Assembly (NCBI GenBank): GCA_965223005.1
Contig: CBDCVK010000005.1
Location: 211,025 to 275,024, forward strand
Direction: 5' to 3'
Source: Terriglobia bacterium
GTDB taxonomy: Bacteria; Acidobacteriota; Terriglobia; JAJPHL01; JAPKYU01
Length of the DNA stretch: 64,000 nucleotides
The notes beneath the pieces were generated by a model that ran no database searches, was not told where the DNA came from, and saw nothing but the letters and a program-made list of their open reading frames with translations. Shown here one piece after another: positions 20,001 through 29,704 of the stretch. The number at the start of each line of letters is the position of its first letter. Within the stretch, counting starts at the first letter, position 1. The position numbers and the translations under genes are program-made.

Positions 20001-20075
20001 GGCGGTATCGTCTAGGGGTTAGGACACCAGATTCTCAATCTGGGAACCCGGGTTCGATTCCCGGTACCGCTACCA
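20001..20075 (+). tRNA. tRNA-Glu (anticodon CTC)
   Basis: GGCGGTATCGTCTAGGGGTTAGGACACCAGATTCTCAATCTGGGAACCCGGGTTCGATTCCCGGTACCGCTACCA; anticodon stem CCAGA/TCTGG. Confidence 0.95.
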
Positions 20076-20656
20076 AGCCACCCACTGCTACCGAGTGCTA
20101 CAGAAAGCACTTAGCTGGCAGGCTGATTTCGGTACGCTTCCGCCGGTATCAGGCCATACCTCTCGGTAGTTGCAGATAGTGGTCACGGGACGTCAATCAA
20201 GCCCCTGGCGAGTGAGAGTGCTACGTTGCCCTGGGCGGACATGCGGGGCTTCCGGCTCGACCCGTGGGCGAGGGTCCTGATGGTACCAGCCCGAGCCCGA
20301 ATCTTGTAGTTCGGAATGACATTTATGAATATAAATGACGCCCGCCACACCCACTGACGTGGCTCGATTGCACTGCGCCGGTAACTCTTTACACCCCTGG
20401 GCGACGGCCTCAGGGCGACTGGACGGGGATGGTCACGGACCGATCCGGGTTGGCGACAATCCCGTTCTGCGTGAGCACCAGCGGGACCGCGGTCCACTAT
20501 AACTGCCTGCCTTGCTGTAGTTTACCAGCCAGTGATGCTAAATCGGGTGGAGCCGGAGGGCAGGCGCGTCCGGGAACCTCCGCGAAGCCATAGCCGGGCG
20601 GACAGCCGGACCCCCGGGGCGCTAGAATGCCTGCGGCCGTGCCATACCTTCGGGAC

Positions 20657-22321
20657 TTAGCGTTTCCCCGAACCTCCTTTGGCAAGGACGCTATCGGGCA
20701 AGGCGACGGCAAAAAGGGCGCCTCCGGAGGGGATGACAACGTATTGCTTGTCGTCCAGAGCGTAGGTCATGGGCGCAGCAATCACAGGGGAGCCGGTTTG
20801 TAGGTGCCAGAGGTGCTTTCCGCTTTTGGCGTCGCAGGCCAGCAGGTAACCCTCATGGTCCCCGGTGAAGACCAATCCGCCCGCGGTGGCCAGCGTGCCT
20901 CCCCAGGAGGGCGAGTGGTATTTGAACTCCCACTTGATTTGCCCGCTCAGAGGATCAATGGCACGCAGGGCTCCCTGTCCTTTTTCGCCAGGCTTGGCCC
21001 GAAACGCGCTGCCGAAAAAGATTTGTCCTGGTCGGTGCTTCTGCGGCGAGCTGAAAAAGATATCGCACTGCTCGCGGGCGGCCACATAGAAATAGCCCGT
21101 CTGGGGACTAAACGAGGGAGACATCCAGTTGGTCCCCCCGATGATCCCGGGACAGACGTAAGTGCCTTCAGGAGTCGGATCGGTGTTTGGGAGCTGGGCG
21201 GGACGGCCATCCGGACCAATCTCCTTGGCCCAGGTCACGCGGACAAACGGCTTGCCGAGCAGGAACTTGCCGTTAGTGCGGTCCAGCAGGTAAAAAAAAC
21301 CATTGCGATTGGCCATCGCCAGCAGCTTTCGTGGCCGACCTTGAAACTCCAGGTCCAGCAGCACCGGGATTTGCGTGGCATCCCAGTCGTGCAAGTCGTG
21401 CGGGGTGAACTGGAAATACCACTTCAGCTTCCCCGTGTCGGCATCCAGCGCCACCACAGAGTCGCTGTACAGGTTGTCCCCCTTGCGATCTCCGCCGTAA
21501 AGATCCGGCCCTGGATTGCCCGTGCCCCAGTAAATCAGGTTCAGCTCCGGATCGTAGGTGCCGGTCAGCCAGGCCGGCGCACCACCCGATTTCCAGGAAT
21601 CCCCCGCCCAGGTTTCGTGGCCGGGCTCGCCCGGAGCAGGGATGGTGTAGAAGCGCCAGGCGCGCTTTCCGGTCTCGGCGTCATACGCTTCAATGAAGCC
21701 GCGAATTCCATACTCGCCCCCGGACACTCCCACGATTACCTTGTCTTTGACCACCAGCGGCGCCATTGTGAAGTTGTACCCCTTGCGGTAATCTTCGGCC
21801 TCCACGTCCCAAACGACCTCGCCGGTTTTCGAGTCCAGCGCCACCAGGTGCGCGTCCAGCGTGGCCAGGAACACCTTGTCGCCCAGCGCCGCCAGCCCGC
21901 GGTTGGGGGTGCCGCAGCACAGGGGAATTTTCTCGGGCAGGATGCGCTGGTAGCGCCAGATGAGCCGCCCGGTGCGGGCATCCAGCGCGTAGGCACGACT
22001 TTCCGGCGCGGTCAGGTACATGATGCCGTCGATGACCAGGGGCGTGGTTTCGAACTTGTCAGGGGTCCTGGTCTGAAAGACCCACTCCACCGCCAACTGT
22101 TCGACGTTGCCCGTGTGGATCTGCTTCAGCGAACTGTAGCGCTGACCGGTGTAATCGCCCGAGTAGGTGAACCAGTTGTGCGGCTCGTCAGCCGCCTTCA
22201 GCAGCCGCTCGTAGCTGACCTGGCCCCAAGCGCCCTGGGCGCCCACGCTGGTAAGCCACAGGAGGAGGAAAAGCGCGTAAGGTTTCACCCCGTTTTTTCC
22301 CTCCAAGTTCCTCGCTCCCAT
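20657..22321 (-). CDS. PQQ-dependent dehydrogenase, methanol/ethanol family
   Basis: Signal peptide, ETTPLV, vicinal CC (LCCGTPNRG), GGEYG, GTGNPGP, TPHDLHDWD, Trp-docking repeats; ATG at 22321. Confidence 0.9.
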   Translation of the reverse strand: MGARNLEGKNGVKPYALFLLLWLTSVGAQGAWGQVSYERLLKAADEPHNWFTYSGDYTGQRYSSLKQIHTGNVEQLAVEWVFQTRTPDKFETTPLVIDGIMYLTAPESRAYALDARTGRLIWRYQRILPEKIPLCCGTPNRGLAALGDKVFLATLDAHLVALDSKTGEVVWDVEAEDYRKGYNFTMAPLVVKDKVIVGVSGGEYGIRGFIEAYDAETGKRAWRFYTIPAPGEPGHETWAGDSWKSGGAPAWLTGTYDPELNLIYWGTGNPGPDLYGGDRKGDNLYSDSVVALDADTGKLKWYFQFTPHDLHDWDATQIPVLLDLEFQGRPRKLLAMANRNGFFYLLDRTNGKFLLGKPFVRVTWAKEIGPDGRPAQLPNTDPTPEGTYVCPGIIGGTNWMSPSFSPQTGYFYVAAREQCDIFFSSPQKHRPGQIFFGSAFRAKPGEKGQGALRAIDPLSGQIKWEFKYHSPSWGGTLATAGGLVFTGDHEGYLLACDAKSGKHLWHLQTGSPVIAAPMTYALDDKQYVVIPSGGALFAVALPDSVLAKGGSGKR

Positions 22322-22350
22322 CTCCTCATCTTCCTTTTGGTTCCTTGTCC

Positions 22351-23205
22351 TCACTGCAAGCTGTCTAGATAAGCTAATAAATCTTGCAACTCCGCTTCGT
22401 TCAGCATCTGCTCGCTGTACTCGGGCATCAGGGATCCCCGCTCGTGGATCACCTCCTGCAGATCCTTTTTCAAAAACAGGTGAATCTGCTCGTGCCGGTC
22501 CATAAGCTGGATGGAAAAGTTGTCTTCGTTGCAACGCACGCCGCTGATGCGCCTGCCGTCCTTGGTCACCACGCGCACCGTCTCGTACCCCTCGGCCACC
22601 ATCCAGTCGCGGTTGGTGATCTGCTTGTTCGGATCACGGATGGATTCGATGAGGTGCTGGGTGCCGCGCGAAGCCGCGATGCGGGATAGACTTGGGCCCA
22701 GGCGGCCCCCCTTGCCATTCACCATGTGGCACTGGGAGCAGCCGCCGGAGCCGAAGAAGATCCGCTCGCCCTCCTTGCGATTGCCCCTGACTGGCGTGGC
22801 CGAACCAGCGCTCAGACTCCGCAGATACGTAATGATCGCCCAGACCTCGTCCTCCGTCATAACGGTCGCCGGCATGGCCGTACCCGGCACGCCCTCGCTG
22901 ATGGTTCGAAAGATGGCGGCGTCGCTGCTGCCGTGCGTCCAGCGCCCCCTGGTCAGATCCGGCCCACGGGTCCCTCGGGTGGCTTCCAGACCATGGCAGA
23001 AGCTGCAAAAATGACGGAAAGAAGCCCTGCCATGCTGGATTGCTTCGGGGTCCCCGGCAAGCGGGTTTCGGACTTCTCTCTCCGGGCCAGCCGGGGAGTC
23101 AGGCCATGCTGCCTCCGCGGTGATCGAAAATGTAAGCAGGGTTACCGTTAACACCACTACCAGCTTTCTGACCCTGGCACGGAAGCAACTGGTTGTCAGC
23201 CCCAT
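22351..23205 (-). CDS. Periplasmic dihaem c-type cytochrome with putative haem-binding C-terminal domain
   Basis: Signal peptide; CSFCH...GTAMP and CSQCH...SLMP, LQDLLAYL. Confidence 0.88.
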   Translation of the reverse strand: MGLTTSCFRARVRKLVVVLTVTLLTFSITAEAAWPDSPAGPEREVRNPLAGDPEAIQHGRASFRHFCSFCHGLEATRGTRGPDLTRGRWTHGSSDAAIFRTISEGVPGTAMPATVMTEDEVWAIITYLRSLSAGSATPVRGNRKEGERIFFGSGGCSQCHMVNGKGGRLGPSLSRIAASRGTQHLIESIRDPNKQITNRDWMVAEGYETVRVVTKDGRRISGVRCNEDNFSIQLMDRHEQIHLFLKKDLQEVIHERGSLMPEYSEQMLNEAELQDLLAYLDSLQ

Positions 23206-23287
23206 ATTCTCGCTCTCAATTTGTACCGCCGGAATTCCGATTTGACCTTCCCAAATCGCTCAAGAAGCATACGGCAAGGCGCCCTGT

Positions 23288-23392
23288 CGCGACTGTCGCG
23301 GTTAAGCCGGGTGTCCCTGGCCCGCAGAGAACGCCAATGCCGCTCCCCAACTTCTCCAGGATGCGGTAGAGGCTCACGATCCGGCCAGTCAT
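23288..23392 (-). pseudogene. Remnant of the N-terminus of a Hanks-type Ser/Thr kinase
   Basis: MTGRIVSLYRILEKLGSGIGV, then in a shifted frame RARDTRLNRD; resembles HYRILEKLGxGGMGVVYRAxDTRLxRxVA. Confidence 0.7.
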
Positions 23393-23738
23393 GGGACGAA
23401 CCCCTCTCTCGGGGGCTATGCTACGCCCCGCCCAAGGGCAAGTCAACGTGAGGCAGCTCGGCTAGTCGCGCCGGTGGTCTTCCGCCTTCGGCATTGGTGG
23501 AGTTCAGTCGGGACCAGGCAGCCACTTCACGGGGGATCACCCCCGGCGTGGTTCACATTCTTGGTTGGTAAACGCTAACCCGTGAGAACGTATCCAGCAT
23601 TGCTGGTGACAAGGTGGGGTCTCGCAACGCCCGAGGAAATAAGTGGGCCCGGTACGTGACATTTTGTCCTTGCGTCGCAGGTTTAGCGGCAGCCTAGATT
23701 ATTAGGCGGAAATTCCGGATCGAGGGAAGGAGAACACC

Positions 23739-24533
23739 ATGAATTGCCTTCACGTCATCCTGATAACGATCGGACTCATGTGGCTGAGTGCTTGCAGCGG
23801 CGGCCCCAAGGCCCCGAGTCTCGAAGACTACCGCCCCATCGATTTGACTTACACCTTCGACGAGCAGACCGTCTATTGGCCCACCGGGAAACGTTTCGAG
23901 CACGAACGGGTCTCCTGGGGACGGACCGAGGGCGGCTACTGGTACAGCTCTTACAACTTGGCGGGCAACGAGCACGGCGGTACGCATCTCGACGCACCGA
24001 TTCATTTCGCCGAGGGCAAACAGAGTGTCTCCGACATCCCTCTTTCGCGGCTCATCGTACCTGCCGTGGTCGTCGACATTTCCGCTCAATGCGAGTCCGA
24101 TCCCGATTACCAACTCTCGGTGGACGACCTCGAAGCTCACGAACGCCAGCATGGAGCGATCCCGGAGGGAATAGGGGTGCTAATTCGAACGGGCTGGGGT
24201 CGGTTTTGGCCCGAGGTCAAGTCGTATCTTGGGAGTGACGCCCCCGGCGATACCGAAGATCTCCATTTCCCCGGGGTTTCACCCGAAGCAGCGGGGATCC
24301 TGGTCCAGCGGCGGATCGCCGTGGTAGGCATCGATACAGCCAGCATAGACCACGGCCCCTCGCGTGATTTCGAAGCTCATCAGATTTTTGCCGAGGCGCA
24401 GATTGGGTGCCTCGAAAACGTCGCCCACCTGGATCGGGTACCAGTGACCGGTTCTCTCCTCTTGGCCCTACCTATGAAGATTGGTGAGGGCTCGGGCGCG
24501 CCATGTCGCATTGTGGCGCTGGTGCGGCGGTAA
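23739..24533 (+). CDS. Cyclase family (KynB-like) metallohydrolase, predicted lipoprotein
   Basis: AGGAG RBS; lipobox LSAC; HGGTHLDAPIH, LIRTGW, GIDTASID, LENV. Confidence 0.88.
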   Translation: MNCLHVILITIGLMWLSACSGGPKAPSLEDYRPIDLTYTFDEQTVYWPTGKRFEHERVSWGRTEGGYWYSSYNLAGNEHGGTHLDAPIHFAEGKQSVSDIPLSRLIVPAVVVDISAQCESDPDYQLSVDDLEAHERQHGAIPEGIGVLIRTGWGRFWPEVKSYLGSDAPGDTEDLHFPGVSPEAAGILVQRRIAVVGIDTASIDHGPSRDFEAHQIFAEAQIGCLENVAHLDRVPVTGSLLLALPMKIGEGSGAPCRIVALVRR

Positions 24534-24829
24534 GCGGCAGTCCGCAGGCTTCAGAATGCTAGAATCCGCTCAAAATAGCTGCTTTCCACTTAGATGTACG
24601 AGTTCAAAAAAACGAGGCGCGGCGGAAATGACCTTCCTCCTACCAGCCGATGCTGCCGTTGACAACCCAGGCCGACGCGGCCTAGACTCTGCGCATTTCC
24701 ACATTAAACCCGGTTTGCCGACTATACGGCCAAGTGAATCCGGATTGATAAACGCTAGCCCGATGTTCCCCCCTCGTGTCCTGGAACTCAAGCCGCACGT
24801 CTCTCTCCGTAAAGCGTTCTCTTTCTGCG

Positions 24830-27091
24830 TCACTGGACTGACTCTGCGAGGCGTTTTCGATAAACTTCCCGGGCGTGATCGTAAGCCCTGCGGGCTTCGT
24901 CGCGCTCCTGGTCGCGAATTTTAGGTGCTTTCTGGCTCCAGCATTGATCGACCGCCGCCAGACACCACTCGGCGCTGCGTCGAGAGGCCCGGATCGGCTT
25001 TCCGTCAACCAGCGCGAAAATAGGGTTGGTGTGCGAGGAGGGCAGAATGCGCACTGCTATCCAACTGCTCTTCGGAATTGGCACGTAAGACTCCAGGTCG
25101 CGAACCTGTCCGTCGGCAAGGAGTTCCCTGCTAGCCACCGGTTCGCCATTCACAATGACCTCGACAGCCACCTTACGGGTCCCCCGAATGCGGGCGCGCT
25201 CTAGATTCCAGTACGGCTTTTCGTTGGAGCGCAGGTTGTGAAATTTGGGATCGGGAAACAGATTGAGGTAGGCTGAAGCTTTGACTTCTACGCGAGCCGT
25301 TCCCCCCTCGTTCATGCGCAGTTCGCTCTCACCATCGCCCACCTCGACCCCGTTCACTTTGAAGTCGATCAAGTGGCTTAGACCGTCGCTGACGTAGGTG
25401 CGGCCGTCGCGGACACCGTCGATCCAACCGCGGTAGGTCAGCTTGTCGAGTTTCACGTAGCTTCTGCCCAGACCCACTTTATCGTCGTAAATGCAGGGGA
25501 AATCCGTTTCGCCGCTGATGCGAGTGCGGAAACCGACGTTGAGCGTGTGGTACCAGATGCTGAGCTCCCAAACATAGGGCGTATCGACGGCCGAAATGAA
25601 GTCCACCGCATCGTGAGTTACATCAACGATGTATTCGTTGGCGCCGATGCTATCGAAGCCGGGCATTTCGTAACTCGGGAGCTCCTCGCTCAGTACGCTC
25701 AGCCCCCAACCCGAATGAGAGAAGCCCACAACCCCGCCCTGCGACTTGGCCCAGCGGAGAATCGGCAGATCCCAAGAAGGCCACTCCTCGATCCGCGTCG
25801 TCCCGGGGTAGTCATCTTCCTTGAGCCCCATGAGCACAAGGTGGCCCGCATGGCTGGACGGGAATCCCGAAACCTCCACGTCGTAGTGAAGGAGTCGTTC
25901 GGGTTTGGACACGACGTCATCGGTGGCGCTAAAAAACTGCTTCTGGTAGTACCACGAGGGGCCCCAAGTGAGCACCGCGCCGATGTTCAAGGACTCACCC
26001 AGAACTTGCCGCATCATGTCTTTGGGTTCGACGCCCTCAGTCGGGTTCTTATAATGCGAGCACCCCGCGGCGTGGATGTGATGATCGCCTGACCACCAGC
26101 CGTACTTGGAAGGATCGATCCAACGCTGTAGCTGAAAGGAAAGCTCAGCAGGACCGCTTTTATCGATACGAAGTTCTTTCGTTCGTGTGAAATACTCGGG
26201 CCCGGCCGAGTATTCCATCGTGTAGTCGCCCGCCGGTAGGCGGACCGTCTCACTGTCGGCGCGATAGACCTGCGGCTGAAAGGGAAAGTCGGGCGCCAGG
26301 CGCTTCGAGAGATTCGGATATAGCCTGCCGGCACGATCCTTGATGATGAAGCTGGCGATCGTCGGGTTTCCATTCTCGTCTTTGACGCGCAAGGTGATGG
26401 CGTGCGATGGTTGAATATTGAACAGCACCAGGACCTCGTTCCGAAAGCCGATGTCCTGGCTCCCTTGGCCGACATGGAAGGAGATCTTGGCCGAGCGCTG
26501 TCCTCGATCGTGACTGTACGCTTGCAGGACCTGATATTCGAGGCCCAGGCCCGAAAGCCTCTCGGCCATGGGAGGCTTATTGTAGATCGCAAGGTCAGCC
26601 CAGCGTTCCTTTGCCTCGCGCAGAGTCAACTTCATCTCGGGCTCGGGTTCCGATTCGGATTTGATGGATTTCGGCCCACTGTTTGGACTCTCCACTATAA
26701 GCGGCGCGGTGACCCCGGCTTGGTTGAGCACCTTCACTAAAAAAAGTCTCGTGCCCTGTTCGACTAGCACCGGCTTGGCCGCACCTTGTCTGACCTTGAC
26801 GCGGCTCTCGGGGTTGATGTCGACCACAGCGAGGACGTAGGGATCCAAGATCTCCTGCAGCCGCGAGACTGCTCGTTGTTCGTCCTCCATACCGATCGCC
26901 TTGTTTATCTGACGATGGACCTCTGCTGGCAGCGGCTGCCCGAGGAAGTTGAGGGCGTCTTCGATCTGGCGGACTTGTCGCGCCAATGGCTGTAACGGGA
27001 TTTCGCCCTGCGCCTGGACGTACGTCGCAATGCAAACAAGCGCTGTTAACAATCGGGCTACAGGCACGAGCCGAAAGACTTCGATCAACAT
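24830..27091 (-). CDS. CehA/McbA-family (PHP-like) metallohydrolase, secreted
   Basis: AGGAGG RBS; signal peptide; WWSGDHHIH, SHAGH, FSHSG, SGETDFPC, SHTNPI. Confidence 0.75.
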   Translation of the reverse strand: MLIEVFRLVPVARLLTALVCIATYVQAQGEIPLQPLARQVRQIEDALNFLGQPLPAEVHRQINKAIGMEDEQRAVSRLQEILDPYVLAVVDINPESRVKVRQGAAKPVLVEQGTRLFLVKVLNQAGVTAPLIVESPNSGPKSIKSESEPEPEMKLTLREAKERWADLAIYNKPPMAERLSGLGLEYQVLQAYSHDRGQRSAKISFHVGQGSQDIGFRNEVLVLFNIQPSHAITLRVKDENGNPTIASFIIKDRAGRLYPNLSKRLAPDFPFQPQVYRADSETVRLPAGDYTMEYSAGPEYFTRTKELRIDKSGPAELSFQLQRWIDPSKYGWWSGDHHIHAAGCSHYKNPTEGVEPKDMMRQVLGESLNIGAVLTWGPSWYYQKQFFSATDDVVSKPERLLHYDVEVSGFPSSHAGHLVLMGLKEDDYPGTTRIEEWPSWDLPILRWAKSQGGVVGFSHSGWGLSVLSEELPSYEMPGFDSIGANEYIVDVTHDAVDFISAVDTPYVWELSIWYHTLNVGFRTRISGETDFPCIYDDKVGLGRSYVKLDKLTYRGWIDGVRDGRTYVSDGLSHLIDFKVNGVEVGDGESELRMNEGGTARVEVKASAYLNLFPDPKFHNLRSNEKPYWNLERARIRGTRKVAVEVIVNGEPVASRELLADGQVRDLESYVPIPKSSWIAVRILPSSHTNPIFALVDGKPIRASRRSAEWCLAAVDQCWSQKAPKIRDQERDEARRAYDHAREVYRKRLAESVQ

Positions 27092-27600
27092 AACGTGTGC
27101 CTCCTGGGGTGAACTGGTGGCCCCGGCAGGCACGTGCGGAACCAACTCCCTGGTTGCCAGGCTGCTTCTCTAGAGGCCCCCGATTATATGATGATTCTTC
27201 TATGGCTCGTCCTCGTGCCGACGCCGAGAAGAGGGTTGGCCCGGTGCGCCACTTGGTCGCGTAACGCCCTTATCGGAAACTGACCACTACCCTGGGGGCG
27301 TAGAGGGTCACTTGTCCGGATAGCCGACTACGCGACTAAGTGATTCAGTCTCTCGCGTGAGCTGGATTCCCCCCCTCGCTCCTGAACCGGTACGCGGAAG
27401 CAATGGCGCAGCCAGCAGCCGCTTGTTCGGCATGGAGTTTCCTTCGCGCCAGCCCGGCGCAACTTTGTTCTTTCCGGTGGGTTGATAAGAACTGGAAGGC
27501 GTTTTTAAGACCGGACGGGCTGTGAGTGAGCCAATCATAGAAGAATCGAAACGGTCTTGAGAAACGCGTCAATAGTAAAACCAGACAGGAGGAAGATCCG

Positions 27601-28263
27601 ATGCAAGGAAACAAGGGGATTATGTACGTCGTTCTTGCCGTGTGCGCCTTTCTCATGTTTGGACAGGCACAGCTGGCAGGCCAGCAGGGCCGGGCACCGA
27701 GGCAACATGGTCCGGACTTGGAAAGGTTGGCCCAGTCGCTCGGTCTGAGCGAGGAGCAGAAAGGGCAGCTCCAGCAGATCGGTCGTGAGCAAGCCGAGCA
27801 GGTTCGAGTCATTCGGGAAGACGATTCACTGACGAATAAAGAAAAGCGAGCGAAGCTCCAAGAGCTGAACACAGCCCGCCAGGACCGATTTCGCGGAATT
27901 CTCACTGCGGAACAGCAAGAGAAGTTTGGTCAGATGCGGCAAAGGCGTGGGCGTAGAAGCTCAGGCCGCGGGCCGGTGGCAGGACCTGGCTTCGACAGAT
28001 TCGGTGAAGGGCTGGACCTGAGCGAGGAACAAAGGGAACAAATCGAGCAGACGCGCACTGAGCACCGAGAGCAGATCCAGGTACTGCGCGAGGATCAGAA
28101 TCTTTCTCCTGAAGAGAGACGTGCCCGGATGCAGGAACTTCGCCAAAACCGGCAGGGACGTATGCGTGAGATCCTCACAGCCGAGCAGCAAGAGAGGTTT
28201 TCGCAACGGCGCGAGCAGTTCGGGACGAAACGCCGCGGACACGGTGGGCGCGGACGCAGGTGA
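27601..28263 (+). CDS. Spy/CpxP-like periplasmic helical protein (LTxxQ repeats)
   Basis: AGGAGG RBS; signal peptide; two repeats of LxLSEEQ...ILTAEQQE. Confidence 0.8.
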   Translation: MQGNKGIMYVVLAVCAFLMFGQAQLAGQQGRAPRQHGPDLERLAQSLGLSEEQKGQLQQIGREQAEQVRVIREDDSLTNKEKRAKLQELNTARQDRFRGILTAEQQEKFGQMRQRRGRRSSGRGPVAGPGFDRFGEGLDLSEEQREQIEQTRTEHREQIQVLREDQNLSPEERRARMQELRQNRQGRMREILTAEQQERFSQRREQFGTKRRGHGGRGRR

Positions 28264-28447
28264 GCAGATCGAAGCCCATTGGTTCGGCTTTCCTCTGCCG
28301 GATTCATGGCAATTTGACGCAGGTTCGCGCGCCAGAGGGCCCACCGAGGAGTTGGAAGGCGGGAAACGATCCAGATCGCTTCCCGCCACATCGTTTCCCG
28401 TCGGTTGTTCCTTGAAAGCGCTGGAACCCCGCCGCTAGATACGTTCT

Positions 28448-28885
28448 TTGAGTCTCAAGCTACTAGCCGTCCTAGCCTCATCGCTGGTCATTGCAACAGC
28501 GGCGCGTCCCCAGACGATTCCGTCCGTTGAGGTCAAGCTCATGACGTACAATGTTCAGGCGCCAGGATGGAACCAGAATCGCCGGGCTCAAGTGGTCGGT
28601 ACCATCGATGCGGAGAGACCGGATGTGTTGGGTCTTCATGAAGCGCGCGCCAATGGAAATGGCGCCGAGCTCATGGCAGACCTCGAAGACAACTACGAAC
28701 CCCATTTCACGAGCACTGGCGATCCGATATACCTTCGGCGGGATCGGTCGTTTGCAGTTGTAGAGGAAGGAGTCGAAGCCCTTCCGATTTGCCCAGGCAT
28801 AGGTGGTGCGGCTGTGCTCACCTGGGTAAAGATCGAGACGCCCGAAGGAAAAAGATTTACCTTCTTCTGGCGTCCAAAGTTTTGA
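28448..28885 (+). pseudogene. Truncated endonuclease/exonuclease/phosphatase (EEP) family protein
   Basis: Signal peptide, KLMTYNV and PDVLGLHE motifs; stops at 145 aa before the NTH, GDFN and SDH motifs. Confidence 0.7.
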
Positions 28886-29320
28886 CAAGCAACGGATTGC
28901 ATATTGGCAATCTGGACCACAGTTGGTCCGCGTACTGCCGCTTGCGGACCAATCCCACCTGCCTCTTTCAATTCAGAGGGTGGCGCGTGGCGGGCGAGCG
29001 GCGTGTGGTCTTGGCGCACACTTTGTGAACAAAAAGTTTTAGGTGGGTAGGACCTGTATGCTTGCAATTTCTCGTTAGCGGAGTCTCTAACTTGCCCGGC
29101 TGGAACATAGGTAAACCCTAGCCCGTTAGTCGCACCTATCCGGCATTGGCGGTCGGCAGGGATTCCATGCGCCCGCAGCATTGGAGGTGTGGGAACTAAG
29201 GTTAGGCTTGGCAGGATAAGAAACGGATACTAAGAAAATGCCGCGCGCCGGGCCCACGGCGTGACGCGGATTAGTAAACGCCAACCGACTAGTGGGGGTC
29301 TATCCGCTTGAAGTGCCCGG

Positions 29321-29404
29321 TCAGCGACGGCTGGTGAACGCCACCAAAAGGGCGACGCCAATGACTACGATAAGCCAAATTGGAACGCTAATTTCCTGGA
29401 ACAC
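29321..29404 (-). CDS. 27-aa single-pass membrane peptide (MFQEISVPIWLIVVIGVALLVAFTSRR)
   Basis: GAGGAGG RBS, GTG start, hydrophobic core, terminal RR, upstream promoter; below the ORF-track cutoff. Confidence 0.6.
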   Translation of the reverse strand: MFQEISVPIWLIVVIGVALLVAFTSRR

Positions 29405-29428
29405 TCGTGCCCTCCTCGAGTGGAGCGC

Positions 29429-29458
29429 AGTGTAGTGCTTTGTTCTGAGGTAAGTCAA
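29429..29458 (-). promoter_or_regulatory. Sigma70 promoter of the 27-aa ORF
   Basis: TTGACT-N18-TACACT on the minus strand. Confidence 0.55.
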
Positions 29459-29501
29459 TGGGCTACGCGGTTGAGGTCAAGCAATGACGGCTGCGGCCTA
29501 G

Positions 29502-29643
29502 TTTGTGGAACGATACAGCGCGAACGTCCCGATGGGCCGCATGGGACAGGATAGCAAGGAAGTGAAGGGAGCTCACTTCAGCAGCCTCCCCCTATGTCAC
29601 CGGGCACAATCTCGCCGTCGCCGGTGGGCTGACCGCGTGCTAG
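29502..29643 (+). pseudogene. C-terminal remnant of an SDR oxidoreductase
   Basis: FVERYSANVPMGRMG..EVKGA, then shifted AASPYVTGHNLAVAGGLTAC-stop. Confidence 0.75.
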
Positions 29644-29704
29644 GCTAATGAACCTGGCAGGTCCGCCACCTGCCGACCGCGCTAAGAAAAAAGGAGATGA
29701 TCCT

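Noticed and set aside
22322-22534. Extended start of the PQQ dehydrogenase
   Set aside because: It overlaps the cytochrome gene; the signal peptide follows the ATG at 22321.
27548-27572. ECF-sigma-like GAAAC...CGTC promoter upstream of the Spy/CpxP-like gene
   Set aside because: The 14-nt spacer is shorter than typical; too weak to call.
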